Assembly (NCBI GenBank): GCA_034926225.1
Contig: JAYFRF010000004.1
Span: 40,499-104,498 of the forward strand
DNA from: Clostridiaceae bacterium
Lineage (GTDB): Bacteria; Bacillota; Clostridia; Oscillospirales; QAMX01
Direction of reading: 5' to 3'
Length of the DNA: 64,000 bases
Numbering within the stretch: the stretch's first letter is position 1; every line of letters begins with the position of its first letter. The notes under the pieces are model-generated. The model worked only from the letters and a program-made list of their open reading frames with translations, made no database searches and had not been told where the DNA came from. The translations under genes were made by a program, and so were the position numbers. Positions 53,603 through 61,092 of the stretch are shown piece by piece.

Positions 53603-54384
53603 ATTATGCCAATACAGCCCCTGCCGAAATGCGGCGGATGTTCCGGGAAGGGAAACTTGTCTGTCCGACCTCCGGTATGTGCGCGGGATACGCGCAGGCG
53701 AATCTTGTCGTACTCCCCAAGGAGGATGCGTTCGATTTTCTGCTTTATACGCAGCGTAACCCCAAGCCCTGCCCGGTGCTGGAGGTGACCGACGCCGGCG
53801 CGCGGACGCTGTCGATCATCGCACCCGGCGCCGACATCGCGACGGATATTCCGAAGTACCGCGTCTATGAGAATGGCATCCTCACGGGCGAGTATACCGA
53901 TGTGTCCCGCTTCTGGAGACCCGACTTCGTCAGCTTCCTGATCGGGTGCAGCTTCTCGTTTGAAGCGGCGCTCCTTGAGGCCGGCGTCCCGGTGCGGCAT
54001 ATTGAGGAAGGCCGCAACGTGCCGATGTACAACACCAATATCCCCTGCCTGCCGGCGGGCAAGTTCCACGGGAACATGGTGGTATCGATGCGCCCGCTGC
54101 CGCCGGAGAAGGTCGTGCGCGCGGTGACGGTCACCGCGTCGATGCCGCGCGTCCACGGCGCGCCGGTGCATATCGGCGACCCCTCCGTGATCGGCATCGC
54201 GGATATCGCGAAACCCGACTACGGTGACGCGGTGACGATTCATCCGGGCGAGGTACCGGTATTCTGGCCCTGCGGCGTCACGCCGCAGAATGCGGTCATG
54301 GCGTCAAAGCCCGCTTTTGTCATCACACACGCGCCGGGGCATATGTTCATCAGCGACGTGAAAAATGTGGAGCTAAAGGACTGA
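53599..54384 (+). CDS. DUF1445 putative hydro-lyase / D-glutamate-cyclase family protein (YcsI-like)
   Basis: [94 protein letters not shown]-coupled start (alternative 53587). Confidence 0.9.
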   Translation: MNYANTAPAEMRRMFREGKLVCPTSGMCAGYAQANLVVLPKEDAFDFLLYTQRNPKPCPVLEVTDAGARTLSIIAPGADIATDIPKYRVYENGILTGEYTDVSRFWRPDFVSFLIGCSFSFEAALLEAGVPVRHIEEGRNVPMYNTNIPCLPAGKFHGNMVVSMRPLPPEKVVRAVTVTASMPRVHGAPVHIGDPSVIGIADIAKPDYGDAVTIHPGEVPVFWPCGVTPQNAVMASKPAFVITHAPGHMFISDVKNVELKD

Positions 54385-54385
54385 T

Positions 54386-55156
54386 ATGATGAAAAAAGTC
54401 GATCTAAACTGCGATTTAGGGGAAAGCTTCGGCGCATATACCATCGGACTCGACGAACGGGTCATTCCGCATATTTCATCGGCGAACGTCGCCTGCGGCT
54501 ACCATGGGGGCGATCCGATGGTCATGCGCAGGACCATCGCGCTTGCCAAAAAAAGCAATGTCGCCGTCGGTGCGCATCCGGGTTTCCCCGATCTCATGGG
54601 GTTTGGACGCCGCAATATGACGGTGACGCCTGACGAAGCGTACGGGTATATGCTCTACCAGCTCGGCGCGCTTGCTGCGTTTGCCAAAGCCGCAGGGGTA
54701 CGCTTGCAGCATGTCAAGCCGCATGGCGCATTGTATAACATGGCGGGCAAAGACGCAGATCTTGCCGCAGCGATTGCGCAGTCGATTGCCGATTTTGACC
54801 CGACCCTGATTCTGTTGGGGCTATCCGGCAGCGCCATGCTTGCCGAAGGGGAAAAACGGGGCTTACGCTGTGCAAAAGAGGTCTTTGCCGACCGCGCGTA
54901 TAACGAAGACGGCTCCCTTGTCAACCGAAAGCTGCCTGGTTCCATGATCACGGACGAGGAAGTAGCCATCGCCCGCGTGCTGCGGATGCTTGAGCGAGGC
55001 GAAGTCGAGACGATAACGGGAAAGGTCATCCCGATCGAGGCCGATTCCGTCTGCGTACATGGTGACAACGAACACGCACTGGAGTTTGTGACGAAAATCC
55101 GCGCGGCAATTGAGGCACGCGGCATTGCCGTGGCACCGATGGGCGAGAATCTCTAA
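54386..55156 (+). CDS. pxpA: 5-oxoprolinase subunit A (LamB/YcsF)
   Basis: DLNCDLGESFG, SANVACG.HGGDP, GAHPGFPD..GFGRR, HVKPHGALYN, EVFADRAY, DSVCVHGD. Confidence 0.95.
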   Translation: MMKKVDLNCDLGESFGAYTIGLDERVIPHISSANVACGYHGGDPMVMRRTIALAKKSNVAVGAHPGFPDLMGFGRRNMTVTPDEAYGYMLYQLGALAAFAKAAGVRLQHVKPHGALYNMAGKDADLAAAIAQSIADFDPTLILLGLSGSAMLAEGEKRGLRCAKEVFADRAYNEDGSLVNRKLPGSMITDEEVAIARVLRMLERGEVETITGKVIPIEADSVCVHGDNEHALEFVTKIRAAIEARGIAVAPMGENL

Positions 55157-55167
55157 ATGAGGCTTGG

Positions 55168-55202
55168 AAAAAGCACCCCATTGTATGATGGGGCGCTTTT
55201 TT
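55168..55202. terminator. Bidirectional terminator between pxpA and the MATE gene
   Basis: AAAAAGCACCCCAT...ATGGGGCGCTTTTTT. Confidence 0.7.
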
Positions 55203-55226
55203 ACCGTTTTTTTATGGGAGTTGCGG

Positions 55227-56609
55227 TCACGCGGCCTGATCTGAGGCCGTATTGGTAATGTGATGCACGACATTGACCTTCCAGCGCCCTGTAAAGTAGA
55301 AAACGATAATCAGAATCAGCGCGCCGAGCGACGCGACAGGCCCGCCGAGGCCGACGCCGAATAGACCCCAGTCGAGGACAACGCCGAACAGATAGGATGC
55401 CGGGATGCGGAACAGCAGGGAGGAGAGGATACCGTTTATGAGAGTAAAGGTCGTATGCCCGGAACCCATGTACAAGCCGTTGAAGCAGAAGCAGATCGGG
55501 ACGAGCAGGTAATCGAAGGAGAAGGAACGCATGTAGGAAACGCCGTAGGCGATCATCTCAGGGTCGCGGTCGAAGAGACGGAGGATAAACTCGGGGAAGG
55601 CTTGCGCGACGGCGAAGATAGAGTAGCTGATGACGACGGCGATGACGGTGCCGATGCGCAAGGACTTGACGGCACGGTCCCATTTGCCTGCGCCGATATT
55701 CTGCGCAGACATCGTGGAGATGGCGGCACTCATCGCGAGAGCGGGCATGAGCGCAAAACCGTTGAATTTGCCGACGACGCCGACAGCGGCGCTTGCCGTA
55801 TAGCCGCCGATGACATTGACAAGTGTGGTGATGAACATGAAGGAAATGCTGACTACGCCGTTTTGAATGGCGTTCGGAGTGCCGATTTTGAAGATCAGGC
55901 CAAGCTGTTCCTTATAGATGCGGTAGGAACGGAGCTTAAAGTCGAAGATGAACTTGTTGCGGGCGAGATAGGCGACACACAGGAGCATGGATAAGCCCTG
56001 AGAGATGACGGTTGCAATCGCCGCGCCGCGCGCGCCCATATGCATCGGACCGACAAAAACAATGTCAAGGATGATATTCGTAACGCAGGCGATGAGGACG
56101 AAATAGAAGGGGCGTTTGCTGTCTCCCATACCGCGCAGAATAGCGGAGAGGGCGTTGTAGCCGAAGATAAAGACAATGCCGAGGATGGTGACGAAAAGAT
56201 ATTCGGACGCTTCGGCAAAGCTTTCTTCCGGTGTGCGGATTAGGCGCAGCGACGCGTCACGGAAAAAAAGCATCCCAACGGTGCAAAATATGGAGAGAAT
56301 CAACAGTCCGGTGACCAGTGTAGAGATTGTACGGCGCATTTTTTCGCGTTCTCCCGCGCCCAGATACTGCGCTATCAAAACGGTTCCGCCGAGACATAGA
56401 CCAAAGACGATGTTTGTAATAATAAAAGTGACCTGTCCGCCGATGTTGACGGCAGACATACTGGCGGTACCGGCGAAATTGCCGACGATGAGCATGTCCG
56501 CAACGCTATATAGCGATTGGATAATGTTCGAAAGAAGAACGGGGAGAGCAAAGACAATGAGCCTGCGTGCGACGCTGCCTTCGGATAGGTTGTTCTCAAA
56601 TTGACTCAT
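55227..56609 (-). CDS. MATE family efflux transporter
   Basis: ALP.LLSNIIQSLYSVADM.IVG, ILRGMGDSKRP, NIILD..FV..M.MG..GAAIATV, twelve TM segments. Start at ATG 56609. Confidence 0.92.
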   Translation of the reverse strand: MSQFENNLSEGSVARRLIVFALPVLLSNIIQSLYSVADMLIVGNFAGTASMSAVNIGGQVTFIITNIVFGLCLGGTVLIAQYLGAGEREKMRRTISTLVTGLLILSIFCTVGMLFFRDASLRLIRTPEESFAEASEYLFVTILGIVFIFGYNALSAILRGMGDSKRPFYFVLIACVTNIILDIVFVGPMHMGARGAAIATVISQGLSMLLCVAYLARNKFIFDFKLRSYRIYKEQLGLIFKIGTPNAIQNGVVSISFMFITTLVNVIGGYTASAAVGVVGKFNGFALMPALAMSAAISTMSAQNIGAGKWDRAVKSLRIGTVIAVVISYSIFAVAQAFPEFILRLFDRDPEMIAYGVSYMRSFSFDYLLVPICFCFNGLYMGSGHTTFTLINGILSSLLFRIPASYLFGVVLDWGLFGVGLGGPVASLGALILIIVFYFTGRWKVNVVHHITNTASDQAA

Positions 56610-56718
56610 AGTACATCCTTTCTGCAAAATATGACCGTACAAAACGAAACACATAATAACACAGTTCAATTTATATGTCAATGGTGAATATCACGGTTCC
56701 AAAAGGGAAAACAAACGG

Positions 56719-56747
56719 CGCAAAAATAACTCTCACTGCATACGATA
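56719..56747 (+). promoter_or_regulatory. Candidate mother-cell sporulation (sigma-K/sigma-E-type) promoter
   Basis: CGCA-16 bp-CATACGATA fits HDCA-N16-CATANNNDD. The motif is short, so a chance match is possible. Confidence 0.3.
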
Positions 56748-56779
56748 GGGTAGACCTTGCAAGGAGGGTTGGAAAAAGG

Positions 56780-57844
56780 ATGAAAAGCACTGTATTCTTT
56801 ATGGGGGCGAATGCGCCGAGCGGTTTTGTGGGGCTGTATGACGAATTGCAGGGACCGCATATGCGCAGACTTTATATCCTTAAGGGCGGTCCCGGGAATG
56901 GGAAATCCACATATCTGCGTACCATTGCCGATGCCGCCGAGGAACGGGGCTTATACGTCGAGCGTATCTCCTGCGCGTCAGATCCCGGCTCGCTCGACGG
57001 TGTATACCTGCCTGAACGCGGCATAGCGTGGATTGACGGCACAAGCCCCCATGTCGCGGAGCCGAAGCTGCCGGGTGCGCGGGATGTGTATGTCAACCTC
57101 GGCGAACTATGGAACATAGACGCGCTGGAGCCTGAGACAGGAACGCTTACGCGGCTGTTTGAGTCGTATGCGAAAGCGCAGGCGGCAGCGGTTCGTTATA
57201 TCCGCGCGGCGGGCGCGGTATATGATGTGATCTGCGCGCTGCCGGAAGGCGTACGTTTCGACAAGCTTGAACGGCGTACGAAGGGGATCGCTGCGCGGGA
57301 ATTGCGCAAAAAGGGGAAAACTTATGGTAAAGGACGGGAAATCCGACGCTTTTTGTCAGGGATAACGCCGATCGGGCAGATCTGTCGTTACGACAGCGCA
57401 TTTGCGTTATGCGAGCGTATTTACGAGCTGACGGATGCGTTTGGGATCGGAAGCGCGATGCTGGAAACGCTGCGGGAAGCGGCGCTGCGCAGCGGATACG
57501 ATATCATCACCAGCGGACATCCGCTGGCGCCGGAGAAGCTGACGCATCTGCTGATCCCGGGGGCAGGGGTGGGCTTTGTGACCTCGGACGCGGTTTATAC
57601 CTGCGACACGGAACCTTATCGGCGGCTGCGGCTGGAGACCCTGGTGAGCGGGGATACCCGCAAAGCGCGGCAAGCGTATAAGGAGAACCGGAAGCTGCTG
57701 CGGAGCCTGCTGGAAGCGGCAAATCAGGCGCAGCGGTGCGCGAAGACGATTCATGACCGAATTGAAGAGCGATATAACCCTACCGTAGATTTTGAAAAAC
57801 TGCGTGCGATGGCTCGCGATATGGTGCAAAGGACTCTGGATTGA
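56780..57844 (+). CDS. PRK06851-like P-loop NTPase of unknown function
   Basis: FFMGAN.P.GF..LY, Walker A ILKGGPGNGKST, CASDP.SLDG, IDGT.PH, RR.FLSGITP.G. Start at ATG 56780. Confidence 0.75.
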   Translation: MKSTVFFMGANAPSGFVGLYDELQGPHMRRLYILKGGPGNGKSTYLRTIADAAEERGLYVERISCASDPGSLDGVYLPERGIAWIDGTSPHVAEPKLPGARDVYVNLGELWNIDALEPETGTLTRLFESYAKAQAAAVRYIRAAGAVYDVICALPEGVRFDKLERRTKGIAARELRKKGKTYGKGREIRRFLSGITPIGQICRYDSAFALCERIYELTDAFGIGSAMLETLREAALRSGYDIITSGHPLAPEKLTHLLIPGAGVGFVTSDAVYTCDTEPYRRLRLETLVSGDTRKARQAYKENRKLLRSLLEAANQAQRCAKTIHDRIEERYNPTVDFEKLRAMARDMVQRTLD

Positions 57845-57883
57845 GAAAAGCGGGAGAAAACATAAAATCCACGCTTCATAGAC

Positions 57884-57912
57884 TTGACAAATTGGTGCGG
57901 AAAAGATATACT
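57884..57912 (+). promoter_or_regulatory. sigma-A promoter of degV
   Basis: TTGACA-17 bp-TATACT. Confidence 0.75.
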
Positions 57913-57945
57913 TTTCCTATCAGGAACACGAAAGGACATACAATT

Positions 57946-58800
57946 TTGGGTAAAGTCATATTGACCTCTGAAAGTGCGTGTGACCTTGGCGCGGAGCATC
58001 TCACGCGGCTCGGCGTACCGGTGATACCGTATCATATTTACTTAGATGGCGGCGACTACCTCGACGGCGTGAACCTGACCGCCGACGATATCTTCCGCGT
58101 ATATCATGAAAAGCATGTACTGCCGCAAACGGGTGCGGTCAATGTGCAGGATTTTGTTGAGTTTTTTACCCCGTTCGTCGAGCAAGGTTACGAGGTCGTC
58201 CATATCGGACTCGGCAGCGCAATCTCCTGCTCGTATCAGAATGCCATAATCGCCGCCGAAAGTTTGCCCGGCGTCTATCCCGTCGACTCCCGAAACTTGT
58301 CCACCGGCGTCGGTACGCTGGTGATATACGCCAAGGCGATGATCGAACGCGGCATGTCCGGTGCGGAGGTCAAGGCCGCCTGTGAAGAGCTGCGTACGAG
58401 AATCCACGGCAGTTTTGTCATCGATACGCTCGAGTTCCTCGCGGCGGGCGGACGCTGCTCGGCGCTTGCGGCGTTTGGCGCAAACCTTTTACGGCTGCAT
58501 CCCTGCATCGAGGTCGATACGCAAACTGGTAAGCTTGCCGTGGGGAAAAAGTACCGCGGGCAGATGACAACCGTTCTGCCGCAATACTTCCACGATTTTG
58601 TCAGCCGGTTTAGCGACGTCGAAACCGATTTTATCTTCCTTACGCATGCGGGCAGCCTGGAAGAGGAAATCAGCCTTTCCCGGGAAGCGATTTGGAAGGT
58701 ACATCCTTATAAAGAAGTATACATAACCCGTGCCGGCTGCACGATATCGACGCATTGCGGCCCGAGGTGCATCGGCTGCTTTGTGGTGACAAAGAAATAA
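57946..58800 (+). CDS. DegV family fatty-acid-binding protein (FakB-like)
   Basis: ILTSESACDL, Y.DGVNL, PQTGAVN, HIGLGSAIS.SY..A, VDSRNLSTG, LEFLAAGGR, ISTHCGP. TTG start at 57946 after AAAGGA. Confidence 0.9.
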   Translation: MGKVILTSESACDLGAEHLTRLGVPVIPYHIYLDGGDYLDGVNLTADDIFRVYHEKHVLPQTGAVNVQDFVEFFTPFVEQGYEVVHIGLGSAISCSYQNAIIAAESLPGVYPVDSRNLSTGVGTLVIYAKAMIERGMSGAEVKAACEELRTRIHGSFVIDTLEFLAAGGRCSALAAFGANLLRLHPCIEVDTQTGKLAVGKKYRGQMTTVLPQYFHDFVSRFSDVETDFIFLTHAGSLEEEISLSREAIWKVHPYKEVYITRAGCTISTHCGPRCIGCFVVTKK

Positions 58801-58806
58801 TATGGA

Positions 58807-58849
58807 AAAGAACGAAACCGTCGGGTAGCGCTCGGGGGTTTCGTTTTTT
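58807..58849 (+). terminator. Intrinsic terminator after degV
   Basis: AACGAAACC...GGTTTCGTT followed by TTTT. Confidence 0.6.
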
Positions 58850-58867
58850 AAAGGGAGCGGGAGCGCT

Positions 58868-59629
58868 ATGGCCGTCTATGAGATCGTATTCAGTCCGACC
58901 GGCGGAACCAAAAAGATTGCCGACGCCGTGGCTTGTGGTTTCGCAACCGCGACGGTGATTGACCTCTGCGAATTTGGCGCGGACTGCGCCGCCTATCGTT
59001 TCACCCCGGACGATCTCTGCATCGTGGCAGTTCCTGCCTTCGGCAGACGGGCGCCGGCTGCTGCGATAACACGCTTAGAGCAGATGGTTGGCAACGCGGC
59101 GATGGCGGTGGCTGTCGTCAGCTATGGGAACATCGCGTATGGGGATACGCTCTGTGAGCTTGCGGATACGCTAAGTACGGCGGGCTTTCGCTGCGTCGCG
59201 GGCATCGCGGCGGTGGCGGAGCATTCAATTTTACGGCAGTTTGCGTCCGGGCGTCCAGATGCGGCGGATATCGCGGAGCTTTACGCGTTTGGCGCGAAAA
59301 TTCGGGAAGCGATTGGGGCTCGAGACATCGCTGAGGAGCTGGAGCTGCCGGGAAACCGTCCGTACAAGGACAGGAGCGCTGTACCGATAAAACCGAGGAC
59401 AGGGAAAGGCTGCACAAGCTGCGGATTATGTGCAAAAAGATGTCCCGTAGGCGCGATTCCGGCGGGCAACCCGAGCCGGACGGACGAAAAACGCTGCATC
59501 TCCTGCATGCGGTGCGTCGCGGTATGTCCGGCACATGTGCGGAAGATCAGCCGGGTAATGCTGACGATCGGAGCGGTGACACTTGCAAAGGCTGCGGCAG
59601 GGTTCCGTGCGAATGAGCTGTTTCTGTAA
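58868..59629 (+). CDS. Flavodoxin-like plus 2x[4Fe-4S] ferredoxin (EFR1-type)
   Basis: VFSPTGGTKKIA, AVPAFG, VVSYGN, C-terminal CTSCGLCAKRCP and CISCMRCVAVCP. Confidence 0.85.
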   Translation: MAVYEIVFSPTGGTKKIADAVACGFATATVIDLCEFGADCAAYRFTPDDLCIVAVPAFGRRAPAAAITRLEQMVGNAAMAVAVVSYGNIAYGDTLCELADTLSTAGFRCVAGIAAVAEHSILRQFASGRPDAADIAELYAFGAKIREAIGARDIAEELELPGNRPYKDRSAVPIKPRTGKGCTSCGLCAKRCPVGAIPAGNPSRTDEKRCISCMRCVAVCPAHVRKISRVMLTIGAVTLAKAAAGFRANELFL

Positions 59630-59654
59630 GGCGTGATCGGAAGGGGGTATAGCT

Positions 59655-60086
59655 ATGGGCGAAAAAGCATCGGTGAAAGCGTATGAACTGATGGACGAGC
59701 GTTTCGGACACGATACGCTGCTTTCACTGGCGACTGCGGACGGTGAAGTCCCTTTTGTGCGTATCGTAAACAGCTACTATGAAAACGGAGCTTTTTATAC
59801 GATTACCTACGCGTTATCCAACAAAATGAGGCAAATTAAGAAGAACCCGGTGGTCGCGGTGTGTGGGGAATGGTTTACCGCCCATGGCATCGGCGAGAAT
59901 ATCGGTCACCCCTGTGACGCGTGCAATGGGGAGCTTGCCGCGAAGCTCAAGGTGGTATTCGCCGAATGGTATGACAACGGTCATACGGACGAAAGCGACC
60001 CGAACACCTGCATCCTCCGTATCCGCCTGACGGACGCGGTACTTTACAGTCACGGGACGAGATATGATATGGATTTTACCGTATAA
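59655..60086 (+). CDS. Pyridoxamine 5'-phosphate oxidase-like flavin-binding protein
   Basis: SLAT..G..P.VR.V, FY.IT...SNKMRQI..NP.VA. Confidence 0.75.
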   Translation: MGEKASVKAYELMDERFGHDTLLSLATADGEVPFVRIVNSYYENGAFYTITYALSNKMRQIKKNPVVAVCGEWFTAHGIGENIGHPCDACNGELAAKLKVVFAEWYDNGHTDESDPNTCILRIRLTDAVLYSHGTRYDMDFTV

Positions 60087-60132
60087 AAAAACCGCACGCC
60101 GGAAGGGAGAACCTCCTTTCGTGTGCGGTTTA
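60087..60132. terminator. Bidirectional terminator between convergent genes
   Basis: AAAAACCGCACGCCGGAAGGGAG-aac-CTCCTTTCGTGTGCGGTTT. Confidence 0.6.
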
Positions 60133-60168
60133 AACTGATAGTCGCTTAATAGTTTTTCACGGCGTGCC

Positions 60169-60897
60169 TCAAAATAGTTCAGAAGGATTGCGCGCGGCGA
60201 TCTGCGCGGCGGCGTCGCGAAGGATGCCGAGGAGGTCATAGGGGGAGTGTGCGCCGAGCGTTTCAGGGCTTGGGAAGCAGCCGAGAGCAGCTTCCATGGA
60301 ACCGCCGCGCAGGATGGGGACGGCGATAGCGATGCGGTTTTGGGGGCGTGCGAGCTCGACAAACCCCTCGGCGCGGATCATATAGAGGGAGCGGATGAAC
60401 TCCTCGTTATCGCGGAAGCGGCGAGGGAGGGTGTAGATTTCGAGCAGTGCGTCGAGGGTGGAGCGGGGTTGATGAGCGGCGAGCATCAACCCGGTTGCGG
60501 AGGAGAACACGTTCGGATTGGCGGCATACTGCATCACGATGCTGCCGGAATCGTTGACCTCAAGCACGGAGTGGCGGACATTGTTGCGTAGGACGGCGAG
60601 AGACATGTACAGCCCGTTTTTGCAGGCTAGGGAGGGCATGACGGCCTGCGCGGTGCGCAGCAGGGAAGCGTCGTAAAGCTCGCCGTGGACGAGCGACGCC
60701 GAGAGAACGCCGAGACGGTAGCCGCGCACGGGATCCTTTTGCAGATAACCGGCGTCGGTGAGGGTCTTGACGATCCCGGCGACGGTGGTCGCGTTTTCCC
60801 CGAGTGCGTCAGCCAAATCGGACAGCCGGACAGCCTCTCCGCCGCGCCGGGAAATCTCTTCGAGAATACGCATCGCTTTTATAACGACCTTAACCAT
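60169..60897 (-). CDS. IclR family transcriptional regulator
   Basis: KVVIKAMRILEEI...VRLSDLADALG...GIVKTL.DAGYL..D..RGYRLG; SATGLMLAA, IR.EGF, IAVPI...AALG. Start at ATG 60897 after GGAGG. Confidence 0.87.
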   Translation of the reverse strand: MVKVVIKAMRILEEISRRGGEAVRLSDLADALGENATTVAGIVKTLTDAGYLQKDPVRGYRLGVLSASLVHGELYDASLLRTAQAVMPSLACKNGLYMSLAVLRNNVRHSVLEVNDSGSIVMQYAANPNVFSSATGLMLAAHQPRSTLDALLEIYTLPRRFRDNEEFIRSLYMIRAEGFVELARPQNRIAIAVPILRGGSMEAALGCFPSPETLGAHSPYDLLGILRDAAAQIAARNPSELF

Positions 60898-60913
60898 GGA
60901 TACCCTCCGGATG

Positions 60914-60958
60914 TTCAGCATTATAGAATATTCTACCACTCGACGATGTTTTTGTCAA
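60914..60958 (-). promoter_or_regulatory. Promoter of the second iclR with an overlapping operator-like palindrome
   Basis: Minus strand TTGACA-17 bp-TAGAAT (60930-60958). TTCAGC-ATT-ATAGAA at 60914-60928 matches 9 of 12 positions of the first IclR palindrome. Confidence 0.5.
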
Positions 60959-61033
60959 CTATAAACAATCCGGACAGGCGGTTTTCGCTCCCATCGCCGT
61001 CTTACGGAACCGTATTCGTTCTGTAGAAAGAAT

Positions 61034-61082
61034 AAAAAAACGCCTTCTCCTTGGCGTCCGAAAGCGACGCTAAGGAGAAGGC
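61034..61082 (-). terminator. Intrinsic terminator after the 758-aa beta-propeller gene
   Basis: GCCTTCTCCTT(G)GCGTC / GACGC(T)AAGGAGAAGGC stem with a T run on the minus strand. Confidence 0.75.
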
Positions 61083-61092
61083 ACTTTCATTT

